DNA from: Octopus sinensis
Taxonomy: Eukaryota
Reading direction: 5' to 3'
Assembly (NCBI RefSeq): GCF_006345805.1
Contig: NC_043008.1
Span: 72,106,001-72,170,000 of the forward strand
Length of the DNA: 64,000 nt
This document shows positions 40,970 to 55,140 of this stretch, in pieces. The position numbers and the translations under genes are program-made. The notes under the pieces were generated by a model. That model did no database searches and was not told where the DNA came from. It saw nothing but the letters and a program-made list of their open reading frames with translations. The first letter of the stretch is position 1. The number at the start of each line of letters is the position of its first letter.

Positions 40970-41192
40970 TAGAGTGGTAGTATACTGTCAACTTAACGTG
41001 ACAGTAAGGGGGGGGGGGTTGCACCACCGCTGTTTAGCCCTAGGAAGCATCGACGCTTCCTGTCGGCCTTGACACATTTCCTAGGATATGTGTCAAGGCC
41101 GACAGCAAGCGTCGATGCTTCCTAGAGCTAAACAGCGATGGTGTAATCCCCCCCTTACTGTCACGTTAAGTTGACAGTATACTACCACTCTA
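40970..41192. mobile_element. Fully palindromic 223-bp element, TA-flanked (foldback MITE-like)
   Basis: ta|gagtggtagtatactgtcaac..gttgacagtatactaccactc|ta; centre tcctagga at 41079-41086. Confidence 0.85.
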
Positions 41193-41342
41193 CAGAAATA
41201 TAAATATCTGGAAATAGAGGTAACCTATATATGTGGCCTAAAAACAGATACATTCCTTATAACGACAGGTGCTTTGGGATTGGTACCAACTAGAAAACTT
41301 CTGATGCATATCCCAAACCCAGGATTTGTAAATATATAAATG

Positions 41343-41640
41343 CTGGTGTCATGTGAATAGCACCCATGAAATCGTAATTGTGACTGGTACCTGTAGCATG
41401 AATTACGAACGTTGGATCTGACGGATGTGATGACAATTTACCGAGACCTTGGTGATAAGCTGTGCTTGAGAAGAAGACTCATCAAGCCAAATGAAACCGT
41501 AGTCGTGGTCGTTGTCAGTGTCATGTTAATGGCACCCATGAAATTGCAGTCGCGGCCGTTGCTGATGTCATGTAAATGGCACCCGTGCCGGTGACACGTA
41601 AAATGCACCTATTACTCTCTCGGAGTAATAGGTATCTTAG
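41343..41640 (+). mobile_element. SINE-like repeat with three internal gtcatgt(n)aatggcaccc units
   Basis: Units near 41347, 41520 and 41565. Confidence 0.5.
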
Positions 41641-42864
41641 GTACCGTCAACAACAGATTTAACAATTCCCTTCTTGACATTGTTGTAAATATCAGAGTCA
41701 CATTAATTCAAAAGTTTTTTGCATTGGAAACAAGTATTTTGCGAAACGTCTTTGGTATCTAAGGAAACTGGTTGTGACACGGTATCGAGGACATTATTTC
41801 CGAATGTAAAACATTGGTGCACACCACAAACAACATCACTAATAACATAAATAATAATAGTTACTATCATTGTTGTTGTTATTGTTGTTTTTATTATCGT
41901 GTAGAAGCTATAGCTCCTATTTATGTCTCTCTAACAACTCATCAAAAGTTCCCTGTTCTGCTTCCAGTGTTATGTGTTAATTATTTCAACTTTCAACCTC
42001 AGAGTTAGTCAACAATCAAGACATTGGTATCTTTTCTCGGAGATTATTCTACGGAATTAGCTGTTGGCATGTTGATGAACGGATTAAATTGGCATTATCA
42101 TGGCGTGGAATTTGTTCCAATCACATTTTAATTACAAAATCAATATGATGTTGAGACACGTTCCAACTGATCTGCCAATGAAACTATTCACATCAGTGAG
42201 CACACATTTGAAGGGCAGGTAATAACAACACGCTGCCGATACCTTGATGTGATTCAGTGACAGTTCGCTACTGTAGGTGCCTGGCTCAATTAATAATTGT
42301 CCTAATGGATTAATAACCAACGGTCTTGAGTTCAAACGTTTATGAGGCTGGCTGATTTGTTTTTTTGAACTCAATATTATTCTATTTAACACGTAGAGAT
42401 GAAAAGCATAGTTAAACCCCCACGAGATTTGATACTAAAATATGAAGCGACTTAACTAATTACTGCAAAGGGAATTTGCTTCGCATTCCACCATTTCTGT
42501 CACGCATGTAATAGTATTAAATAGTCGCTGAATAAACTCATCTCTGTTTATTTTACGTGCATATGCTTACATATATGCATACACCCACCAAATATATAAA
42601 TATATATATGTATATACATACATACTTATATATACATGTATGTGTGTATACACATAGATATCAGTGAGTGTACGTGTGTGCATTCTGCTGATGTCGAGGA
42701 AGTCGAAAATTCGAAATCACACTTAAACGTTCCTTTGTAAAAATGGATATGTACTGTACTAAAATGTGTTCAATTTAATATTGTTTTTATATAACCTGAC
42801 AAAGAAAATAAAAACTTTGAAATGTATATGTGTATATATTTATACATACATATACTTTGATAAT

Positions 42865-44350
42865 TTGATAGTTTTGGGCCAGTATTGATCCAGGCCATGT
42901 CTAATTTAATAGCATACCTGGTGAAGTCGTTCAAATAACGATTCGGACACCATGGCTCACTCAGGTAGAGAGTTATCGTTTATGGAGACATATCCAGGTG
43001 TAGGAGGTTTATCCAGTATTTATTGAAGGAAGTTATCCAACAACTTGAACTTTATGGAGTTTGTCTCTCTTTTGATGTGTTTTGGTGTTATGTTAAAGAG
43101 ATCGGGGCTGATTGAGGTGAAATAATTGTATCATATAGTTGTTATAAAACGCGAGTGTCATTTATGTTGTGGACACATAGCACAGGGCCGAAGTCTCGGA
43201 TGTACTTTAAAGGTGATGGCACCGTCATTTGGGCAATGCTGATGGAATGCTTTTCCCATCATGCAGAAGATGTAGCACTCAAGGCAACGTTGAAGAGTAC
43301 AAATCTTGAGTTTTTCTAGTCGACCCCATTAGTTACTGCCTGTCATGCCATCTATCATTTTTGTAATTGACCTTTGAGTAGCTTGAACTTTCATGATGCT
43401 TTGTTTCGTGTGGGGAGATCACAGTGGACAACAGTATTCAAGGTGGAGTCGGGCAACAATGAAAAAGAGAAGGATAATGGTGTGGATATCCTACAAGTGG
43501 AAATTTGTGAGAATCCAGGAGCACATTCTGCAGACCATGTCGACTTTGCTGTTCATGTGAGTAACCCAGCTTATGTTGTCTACAATTACTCCCTAGTCTC
43601 TGATGTTGTTTGATACCATGAGAGTGGCACCTGAAGAAAGGGAGTATGAGCTTTTCAGGTTAACCTCTTATGTATAGTGTTAGTGTGGCTACTAAACACT
43701 AGATCTAAAATATTCTGATATCTTGTTAGTGCAAGGACAAGCTGGGACAAGAAAAAGTCGTTCATAAAGTGACACTAATTCTTCTTTGTCAGCGGTTGAG
43801 TGGGGAGTGCCTGGTTTGAAACTGTTTGTGGACTCATCACACACAGGGTAGAGTAAAGTTTCCTATCATAAGTATGTTACTAAGATGGCACTGTTGAATA
43901 AAGCACTTAATGCTGTTGAGGCATTCTTTAAAACGCAGTATGGGTGTTCGATGTGGTCTATAGAGCCCAACAACTATCAGGGCATTGGCTTTGTTTGCAT
44001 GGTGATTGATTCACAGTAGCCATTAGCGAATGCGATATTTCCATCTACCTAAAAGGAGTCATGCAGAGAAATAGCAGTTCTGCCCTCCCTTCTATCGACA
44101 CGATCCGCACTTTCACTTCATCTTCCAAGTGGGAGTTGTCAAGGGGGGGGTTCAGTAAGAATGAAGAAAGGTATATGGTGCGGATGTTTACCAACCCAAT
44201 CCTCAATGAATTGGATCTTCCATTTGTGCATTGATGGAAGGGATGACCCATTATCCATTGAGTAGAAATGTGGGGGTTGGTGTAGTGGATGGTTTTGACT
44301 ATTGAATGGGAATTTTTTTGTGACTGTGTTAGTGACAGCAACATGGGAAA
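42865..44350 (-). mobile_element. CR1/L2-type LINE, endonuclease joined to post-RT C-terminus (RT core deleted)
   Basis: SLRIGLVNIRTI; IVVGLYRPH..MIGNFTLP; FLSQLV..TRYQNILDLVF; then IRD*GVIVD..ARLHLEYCCPL*SP..VQATQRSITKMIDGM..GRLEKLK; PDLFN..LDNFLQ. Confidence 0.85.
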
Positions 44351-46058
44351 GGGGTGCACAGGGGAAATAGAATATGATGGTATTGAGTGATGGCAAAAAT
44401 GTTTTTGTATCTTTTACACATACACTCATATAGAATATGTATAGAAATACATACATACATATGTATATATCTATCTGTGTTTGTGCGTGTGTGTCTGTAT
44501 GTGTGCATTAGGAAAAGCTTTTAGTTGACAGCACTACATTCTTTTACAGAATTCCACAGGAATGAGAAGAATAATGATGGAACCGTTAGTTATAGCAAAA
44601 TATAAGCCAAAATTTAAATCGGTTATACGTCACACATTCAATAATCCATTAAATTTGTTATCCTACAACAGTTGCAAAATTTTAAAATCCAGCATTGGTG
44701 ATTGTTTTAGTAGTATGTTCGTGATGTTTTGAAGTTGCGGTGAACTGCAACGCAAGTGATCAAAATTCCGCTTTTGCCATAATTTCTTCCAGAAGAAGTT
44801 CACTTGTGGCCTAGTGATTTTAGGGATTGTGTTGTTCAGAATAAAGCACAAGAGACTAATAGCTATATAATAAGAGAATATGTTACACACAATCACATGC
44901 TTTCATACACAGATACACACTCACACACATATAGGGCTGTTAAAAACAGAGTTGAGAATAATTCATTTATATGTGTGTGTGTGTGTGCACGTGTGTATGT
45001 ATGTGAGTATTTATGTATGTGCGCATGGTCGCTTATTGACCATATGATCTCATTTTCAAGATGTTGCCACAGTATGGCCGCAGTCCAGTGACTGAAATAG
45101 GTAAAATATAAATGATAAGTATAGTGGAGAAATACCTTAATTTAAGAAATCGACAAAAATTATCTCATACAATAGAAGAATTCATAACTAAATGATATAA
45201 CTCTTCTCACAGAGTCAAGTTAAAAAGTGAAATATTGTATATTTCACGTCAACTGAGTTGGATAAACATTTATAGTCTAAAAATCCAGTGTAAATTTCCA
45301 CAGAGTACAGATTCTCGAGTTTACCTTTAACTGCAACCATTTATTTAATCAGCCATGACCATAGTTCATACAAAATTTTAATTAGAGTTACATATAATTA
45401 AACATTAAGACATAATATTAGCGTAATGACTTAGATCACTTTAATTAGTAAAGTAAGTGAAGGTGACAAATTCGAATACATTGTAGTCTTATCAAACCTC
45501 TTTAGAAAGACTATGTGTCACCGAATTTGCCGACGTAATATCTTGAAGTCTCAATACAGTATTGTAGACTAATTAGGAGTGGAAAATTAGCATGCTCTAT
45601 AAAATGTAAACTAAGCTTAATTAGTCAGAGATACCTTTTGATGTCTTCGCTGAGAAGTAATTAACCTTTATGCATTGTTTTATTTTACTCCTACACACAT
45701 CTAGTCGTAACTTACATCGAGTGTCTTAACGCTCTATTAACAAATGTAGGTATACGCGCGTGTTAATGCTCATGCATTACTTAAAATAGTGTTACAGCCT
45801 ACACACTAAATTCCTATTTCCCCCTTTAGCAATTGCTAAAATGTTTATTAAATTCAATACAAGTGGAACTATAAAATATTCAGTTGACTGTTTCATGCAA
45901 ATCAGGCAGAATGTAAAAGGTTTCTCCATTTTTATATAAGGTCATTTGTTTAATCTCTGCATTCAAGCCTTCATTTACTTTGAATTCATTCACATACTCT
46001 TGTTGAACTGCTTCTATATCCAAGATGCCACTTATGTACTTATATTATTTCCTACGAG

Positions 46059-46101
<43 letters not shown>

Positions 46102-46103
<2 letters not shown>

Positions 46104-46298
46104 TCTTACTCTTTACCCTTTTACTTGTTTCACTCATTTGACTGCGGCCATGCTGGAGCGCCGCGCCGCCTTTAGTCGAGGAAATTGACCCCAGGACTTA
46201 TTCTTTGTAAGCCTAGTACTTATTCTATCGGTCGCTTTTGCCGAACCGCTAAGTTACGGGAACGTAAACACACCACCATCTGTTGTCAGACACACAAG

Positions 46299-46376
<78 letters not shown>

Positions 46377-46564
46377 TATATATATATACATATACATATA
46401 TACGCCGGGATTCTTTGAGTTTACTTCTACCGAATCTACTCACAAAGCTTTGGTCGGCCCGAGGCTATAAAAGAAGACACTTGCCAAGGTGCCACGCAGT
46501 AAGACTGAACCAGGAACCATATGGTTGGTAAGCAAGCTACTTACCACACAGCCACTCCTACGCC
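46102..46564 (-). mobile_element. Full-length family B tRNA-derived SINE with internal (TA/CA)n, embedded in (TA)n
   Basis: Minus head ggcgtaggagtggctgtgtggtaagtagcttgc..ggttcctggttcagtc; tail ..ctccagcatggccgcagtcaaatgagtgaaacaagtaaaag. Confidence 0.9.
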
Positions 46565-46959
46565 TATATATATATATATATAATGCAACTAATAATTGTA
46601 AGTTTTTAACATATAAGCGTTCACCGTGAGATTATAGAGAATGGTCTAATGTTGGGACATATAAGACCTCGACGGAAAATGTGTGTATTAATAGGCATGG
46701 TAGTTGAAACCACATCCCTTATTTTCCTCTTAAGTTTGCTGATCGTGTATACCAACTCATCCACTAATTACTTTCCGTTAGATATAAAGACTAGGATTTC
46801 ATAATACTGCGTAAACAAACGTGCGCATTCCGTGCTAAATAAAGAAGAAAGTCAAGAGTGAAAATTCTGTAAATTTATTGGACACTGTCAGCTTAAGAGA
46901 CATATAATTGCACGCACGCGCTTGTGTTTGTGTGTGAAGGGGTGTGTGTTATCTTTAAC

Positions 46960-47130
46960 TGCTTTCAGTCAGTTTCGACTGCAGCCATGCTGATGCATAG
47001 CCTACAAGGGTTTAAATCGAACGAATCGACTCCAGCACTTATTTCTTCAAGCCTTGTTCTATCGGCTCTGTTGCCGAACCGCAATGTTTTGAGGATGTAA
47101 ACACACCAACACAGGCACAAAGACACACAT
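46960..47130 (-). mobile_element. Family B SINE 3' half
   Basis: gactgcagccatgctg..ttctatcgg..gccgaaccgc..gtaaacacacc. Confidence 0.75.
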
Positions 47131-47143
47131 ACATAGATGTATA

Positions 47144-47192
<49 letters not shown>

Positions 47193-47196
47193 GAAT

Positions 47197-48275
47197 TGCG
47201 GCCAGTCTTTCCACAAATACCTGTTGGAGAATTGGAAACGCTACTTAGATAATTGCCTCATCCTATGGTCACTCACACTCGACCAACTTATAGACTTCAA
47301 AAACCTTATGAACAGTGTAAACAACCACATCCAATTCACAATGGAATATAGTCAGGACCAACTCCCTTTTCTTGACATTCTAATCATTAAAAAAGGCATT
47401 AGCATTGAAACTGACATTCATTCCAAACCCTAACAATACCTTATATTCACCTCCAATCACCCAAAGCACACAAAGACAAATATCCCCTTCAACCGAGCGA
47501 GAAGAATCTGCACAATTGTCTCAAATGACACAACACGAAATAAAAGACTCCGAGAACTAAGGGCAATTCTTCTCGAAAGACATTATCCAGCATCACTAGT
47601 GGACAATAGTAAATAGAACGGGCCAAATCAATTAACACCCAAGACTTACGAAAATCAAAACACATCCACAGTACAGAAATAGACTCTCCTATCTCTCAAC
47701 ACACAATCCAAGAAATGCAGAAGCTTATACAATTATATATAACAACATTCCACAGCTAAATCAAGACCTATATCTAAAAAATTACTCGCAGCTCATAAAA
47801 TAATAAAAAGTAAAAGACAACCCAAATCCCTAAAAAACCTACTCACCAATGCAAAATTACACAACACAAACCCACCGCCCACCGTAAAAAATGTGGTCGT
47901 TCCAAATGCAGGACTTGCATCCACCTCATTGAAGGTTCAGCGTACAAATACCAGTCGGGACACACCTTTGTCATAAAAAATAATTTCACCTGCGCATCCA
48001 AAAATTTACTCTATGTCATAAGGTGTGAAGGGTGCCACGAAGACTACATAGGGTAAACGAGCCTTACCCTCAGAGAAAGGATGACAGTTCACCGCTAACA
48101 ACTGGGGGACCCCACCACAAGACAGATACCACTTAGTGGACACTTAGACCTCTGTGCACACAATAAGTCCTCTAAATTCTTAGTTTCCCCACTATACCAA
48201 TGCCCTGACAACACCACAGACCAAACACGAATAATAGGGGAACTAATCTTATTCAAAAATACAGACCAAAACTAA
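47197..48275 (+). mobile_element. Penelope-like element (RT C-terminal half + GIY-YIG), decayed
   Basis: WKRYLDNCLILW..IQFTMEYSQDQLPFLDILI..ETDIHSKP; HPKHTKTNIPFNRARRIC; KCGRSKCRTC..NLLYVIRCEGCHENYIG*T. Confidence 0.9.
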
Positions 48276-49650
48276 ACATACTCCAACATTCCTCCCAGGC
48301 ACACATCCAAAACAAACACACAGAGAAACAAATACAGATATACAAAATCACACACACACAAAAACAATGCCAACCTCCGATGCAAATACACTTGCACAAA
48401 CACAATATCCTCACACTAGAATACAAACCCTCACACATCCCAAGAGAAAAACACATACACATATACACTTGCAATAAGATTTTAGCATCCATAACCAACA
48501 CTTTCACATATATACACACTTGTGAATACGGACATGCACACACCGACACATACCACCCCGAAATTACAAATCACATCCACACAAACACAAACACACCAAC
48601 ACACAAATACACAAACACGCAACTACAACACAACCCACACAAACACACACGCATTTACACACACCTGTACACACACACACAATACACCCGCACCCCAGTA
48701 ATAATATCACACACACACTCACATTCAAAAGGAAAAAACATACATGCACGCACATTACAACCATAGCAAACATTCACAAACATACATACACACACACAAT
48801 GGCATAAACCTCCCCGACAAATACAAGACACATAAACACACCAACACAAACACTCCTACACGCATGCACACACATTGCACTAACAATTCAAACAAAACAA
48901 ATAACTCACAAATGCAACACACACACGTGCACACACACACGTGCACACACACACGTGCACACACAAACGTGTACACACACACACACACACATAAACTACA
49001 GAACTACATAAACCATATCCATACATATATACACACACACAAACACATACTGAATACCAAGACACACAAAACGCATACACACACACACGCCACCCAGATA
49101 AACCCAACACACATACGAACAAACACATACACACACTAGCGCACTCGCAACACACTAACAAACATTGACCACACACATACACACACACATACAAACGGGC
49201 ACATATATACACACCATTCTACCAAATTTTTAGAAACACACACAGACACATCTATTTACACCACAATGGACCCTGGGACCAATCAAAAACGGCCCACACA
49301 CACAGACACATGTATATATATGTACACACACACTCACATCATTCTGACCTCAATACAGACGCACATATACACACATGCGCACACACAGCACCATGACAAA
49401 TACAAATCACGCACATACACACACAAACACACAACACCAGACAATCACACACACGGTTGACAAACGGGCACATATATACAAACACCATCCTACCAAATTT
49501 TACAAACAAACACAGTCACATCTATTTACACCACAATAAACCCTGGGACCAATCAAAAACGGTCCACACACACAAACACAAACACATGTATATGTATACA
49601 CACACACACACACAAAGACACACACACTCGCACCATTCTAACCTCTAAAG
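48275..49650 (+). repeat. ~1.4-kb cryptic CA-rich low-complexity tract with a diverged ~269-bp duplication
   Basis: acaaacgggcacatatatac..ccctgggaccaatcaaaaacgg at 49191 and 49460. Confidence 0.85.
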
Positions 49651-50361
49651 ACCATCCACCCAAATCATTGATGCTTGAAGGGGAGACAAAAAAACTTCTT
49701 TTCAGTTCCACATTACTCTTTCTTCCCCCCACCCAAACACACCTACACTGTCCCTTGAAATAGAAAATAGTCTTTTACGATAACATGGTGAATCAGGTCA
49801 GTTTCAGCTACCCTACTACTAAAATGTAAACTTTTTTGAACTTATAATATTCTCTGTGTGTATATATATATACAGATACAATACCAATATTCCACTGAAC
49901 TTTTTAATAATTCCTTCTGGAAACTATCTTTAACATGTTCTTCAGAATGTATATTTATGTTGTAATCTTTTGTGCCCGATATTTTAATGAACTTGTTAAT
50001 CTTTTTTTATATTTTCCCAAGATTTTCCCTTGTAAGCTGTTCTTAACATGTTCTTATTATCAAAAAATGTATATGTATATTGTAATATTTTGTGACAACC
50101 AGTACCTGGCACAGCCAAGCTTTTGTGCCCAACATTTTGATGAACTTGTTAGACTTTTTATATTCTCCCAATATTTTCCCTTGTAAACTGCTCTTAACAT
50201 GTTCTTGTTATCAATGTATCTATGTATTGTAGTATTTTGTGATAACCAGTAAGTAACACAACCAAGCTTTTACATGTTACTTTTGACAAACTTTTTCCCA
50301 AAAAGTGAAACCGGTAAAGTAAATAAGCATCTTTTAAAATTGCATTTTCAAACCTTCTTTC

Positions 50362-50625
<264 letters not shown>

Positions 50626-50629
50626 ACAA

Positions 50630-50760
50630 CGAGCTCTTCCAGTTTCCGTCTACCAGATCCACAAGGATTTGGTCGGCCCGAGCTAATAACAGAGGAAAGC
50701 CAGAAAAGGTGCCACAGAGTGGGTTTGAACCCAGGAATATGTTTCATTGAATCCTTAGAT
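50630..50760 (-). mobile_element. Family B SINE head fragment
   Basis: cagtttccgtctacc..ggatttggtcggcccgag..gtgccacagagtgggtttgaacccagg. Confidence 0.7.
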
Positions 50761-51609
50761 ACAGCATCTTTTCTCTCTCACATACCCCCTCGTTCTGTGC
50801 GTTTAACTTTGTGAGTATGTGCGTGAGTGTATGAGTGAGTGTTTGTGTGTGTGTATGTGTGTGTGTATGTGTGTGTGCATGTGGACGTGCATGTGCGTAT
50901 GTGTGTGCATGTATGTGCATTACTCAATGCGGTTGTGTTTTTGACAGTGCAGTTCGTCTATATTCAATCTATCCATGTAGGTTGCTTCCAGCAGGTGCAT
51001 ATGGAGTTTTGCATGGCCCAGTTTTCCAACGTGTCCATTACTCTAAGCATCTCTACATTGAATCGACTCAAATTTAAGGATATTAGCCATTGTAGTAGAA
51101 TTTAATCCTGGTGACTTAGATAAAGATTTCTTCTGTATTTATTTATATTATATTTGCGATTGCAAATGAAGAAATTATATCTAAACCCTACCTACTCCTG
51201 TGCCTCGTTTCTCTCCCAAACCGTTTATATTATACAAATAAGAGCATGCACCAGCGGTGACACATCGTATTCAGATCGTTTGCTTCTTATCTTGTTTGCA
51301 CTGGGGAATAGTCTTCATGGAGGTCTATTTCACCACAAAGTCTTGAAAGGAAAGAGAACTGAGAGGAGACACGCCCGTAGCTTTTCGCTTTTTTAGCGTG
51401 TATGCAAGGAGTGTAAACAGCAGTAAGAGCATCTCTCATGCATCCTTTTAGCTTAAGCCATCGATCAATACATATCTACAAACATACATGCTTATATATA
51501 TATATATATATATGACTTTTATAACCAGCACAATATATATATATATATATGTACACACACATATACAATACAACATAGAATATCGAAAACATGCATACTT
51601 AGACACACG

Positions 51610-51613
51610 CATA

Positions 51614-51653
<40 letters not shown>

Positions 51654-51715
51654 AATCTATTTATCTATCTATCTATTTATCTCTCTATCAATCTATCTAT
51701 CTATCTATATATATA
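51610..51715. repeat. (ATCT)n microsatellite
   Basis: Direct reading. Confidence 0.9.
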
Positions 51716-51838
51716 CATACATATCTAGGTATATATATATGCATATATATACATATATGCATATATATACATATACACATATATATATATGTGTGTACGC
51801 GTGTGTATACACACACATGCACATAAACGTGCACACAG

Positions 51839-51873
<35 letters not shown>

Positions 51874-54669
51874 CGCCTATATTAATATGTGTGTTCATGT
51901 TTATATGTGCATATGTATCTCTATGTGTTTACAAACAGGAGAAAAAAGAACTCGATGCGATAAGTAGTTAAGAAGATTATATATCGTTTCTGTATTTAGA
52001 AAATTGGAAAACCACAGCGAGAAGTCATTAGTGATGCACTTTAGTACCACATTGCCTCTTGTCAATTTAGAGTTGTAAATACGTTATGTGCATTACGAAA
52101 TCTTAGTTCATTTATCTGCCAAATGTTCCAAAATTCTTGCTTGATATTTCTACTAAACATCACCTACGGAATTTAACTTGATATATTCTTAAACATCACC
52201 TTCAAAATCTACCTGGTACTAGTTTACATAAGCATATTTAATCATAGTAAAACGTCGGTGTCTAGGAAGTAATATGTAAAAAACATCACCTCTAGGCTAT
52301 TAAACATGGAGGTTTACACTTTCAGCTAATCTTTTCCGTATTTTCGAAAGACCTCATTATAGTATCAGTCTAATTCAGTAATGCTTCCTGCAGGCTGTGT
52401 GCATTTACCTGTGCACATATGTTGTATAACTATCACTCACAAAGGAAATTGAATTATGCAGGAAAAAACTGAAAACATTTATACAGAAAGATACAGATAA
52501 GCTAGACTCTGTATCTTCAAATCAACAAGATAATCCATCAGATAGAATCCGAACCGTAGATTCAGGCGTGGCTTATGGTTAAAATTTCTTTCACAACCCC
52601 AGGGATCTTAGATCGATCACACTGACCGATAGCTTGTGTAATTTTCTTTTAATTCTTCTAAATTTAAAGACTGGAATTCTTTCCACGAACGAAGTAGTTG
52701 GTTTCTTAAGAAAACAAAAGCAAGCAGAAAAATCTGTCTACACTTGATTTTTAGAAATGTCTTTCATATTTTATTGATCTGATTACATGTTGTACTTAGA
52801 AAAAGTATGTAATGACTTAATTCCTTCTTTGCCCGAAACGCTAAACTTCTTTGGATTGTCATTTAAACACGAACCAAATATAACCGAGTACAAGAAATTG
52901 TGAAATTCTAATTAAGAGAATATTCAAAAACAACAACGATATTAATCATATATATTAGTTTTTCCAGCTATTTCACATAACAGAAGTTGAATTTGGGGGA
53001 AAATCTTATTTCAAAATTTATTTAATACTAGAAGTTGATTAGTACATATTTAAAAAAATAACACGAATGAACGAGAGCAATTTAGCAGACATCATTTTAA
53101 TAAATCTCGCAAAAGGAACTTTTACATAAATGCTTCTTGAAAAATAATCCATAAGGTGCACACAAAACAGCAAGCCTGAACAATAACATTTGTATTCATT
53201 TACAATATATTCAGAAAATTCGAAAGTGAATTTTTAAGGGGTTTCTTTGATGTTGGTGGATTTTGATGCATGTCTCCTTATATAAATGGATCACGTGTGT
53301 TATGAAAAGCTATCCTCTAAATAAAGGAGATTACTTTCGATGACAATGTACAACAGCGATCAGACTATTTACGTTCAAAGCAGCTGGATTGTATTGAGAA
53401 TGAATGAATGGGTTGTTGCTTTGCTTATTCTTCGTGAACTATTAAACGTTTATCAAACACCAGCAAGCATCAGCCTATAATTTATTTGTTGATATCTATA
53501 AAAATATAAGCGGTGCCTGTGCTCTTATTAGATCAATTAATTCAAGAGTGGATTTGTCTGAGGAAACACATAAGTTTGAAACACCGAGAAGAAATTTAAA
53601 TTCTCCTCATACCAATGAATCGAACGTTATTTAGAAAAAACGAAATATTCTCTGATGTCAAAAAATAAATACTATTAGCTATTCATGTTCGAATCTGGTA
53701 CAACGTATTGAGAATGAATGAATACATAAAGCTGGGTAAATTTATGTTGTAGAAAATAGTGTTAAAATAAACACTTTGGCAGAAAGAGATGACTCGATTG
53801 CGTATTATAGTCAGGAACGAGGAGGAAAAGTATATAAGCTACATATTTTTGAATTGATCGACATAGCAGTCACTAAAAGATTTCTTATTTTCTTCGACAA
53901 ATATCGGGATTTGAGACAGTCGAGGGGAGAGTCAGGTCCGTACAACAGTGTTTTCTTGATATTGGTGGAAGGAAAGTGTTAGAGTGTTTTGTCCTGTCGA
54001 TATAAAAGTCAAAGAGACCAAAGTTAGTACAAGTGAGAGACATTCACTTGTCTTGACGAAATGGAGGCAAGAGTTCACAAGCTGATAGAAGCGAAGATAA
54101 TAACAGCATTTTTTCCTTTTTAAACTCGAATTATGGTTAGTGAAAATGAAAGACGTATAAAAGCGGTAAAAATAAAATGTCACTTATATAAAATCAATTC
54201 ATGCCTATATTAACATTTTCTTCATTTTATTACCTTATACTCAGGCAGCTGATTTTTATAACCAGCACAATATTGTCACGTTCTTTTGGGGATATTCGAC
54301 ATACTGAAATATTGATGAATGTTTTAGTAAGAGTCCCAAAAGAGAACAAATTATTTTCTGCTTTCTATTAATACTAGCCAAAGGATAGAAAGCTCAAAGC
54401 CGAACTGTCTAAAGTCGGTCATCTAACCGAACAAGCAGAGAAATGTTCACAATGGTAAACTGATGAGACTTTCAGTCAAAATGTAAGCTCATCCAGTTAA
54501 AGTACTTCAAGCTTATGAGTATGCACACTCACATGCAAGCACATATACATTAAATGTATATACACACACACACACACAGACACACACCACACACACACAC
54601 ACATACACACACACACCTATATATATATAATATATAATATATATCTATATATATATATATATATCTGTA

Positions 54670-54765
54670 AATGTAATATGTGACAATTATTCGGTAACCA
54701 TGATAAAACTCCGATTTTCGGATGCCGAGATGGAAATCCACGCCGCCATCTCTTCAGTAATTCTT
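54670..54765 (-). ncRNA. Degenerate minimal type-I hammerhead-like motif in a short repeat
   Basis: Minus: aatta-CTGAAGA-gatg..catc-c-GAAA-atc-g-ga-GTT-ttatc (54762-54702). Confidence 0.45.
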
Positions 54766-54815
54766 CTATTTACATAATATCGAGGTCAGTTTTTTCTTTT
54801 GTTGTCTAACCGCTT

Positions 54816-54824
<9 letters not shown>

Positions 54825-54847
<23 letters not shown>

Positions 54848-54886
54848 ATCTATCTATCTATCTATCTATCTATATATATATATCTA

Positions 54887-54928
<42 letters not shown>

Positions 54929-54929
54929 A

Positions 54930-55018
<89 letters not shown>

Positions 55019-55058
55019 CATATATATACATACATACATATATATATATATGTATGTT

Positions 55059-55089
<31 letters not shown>

Positions 55090-55100
55090 ATATATATACA

Positions 55101-55136
<36 letters not shown>

Positions 55137-55140
55137 TATA
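54825..55140. repeat. (ATCT)n/(TA)n/(TACA)n field
   Basis: Direct reading. Confidence 0.95.

Noticed and set aside
43374-43613. Plus-strand 79-aa ORF that looks protein-like
   Set aside because: It is the antisense of the CR1 RT C-terminal region.
48253-49648. Several 60-130-aa His/Thr- or Cys/Val-rich ORFs
   Set aside because: They arise from the CA-rich low-complexity tract.
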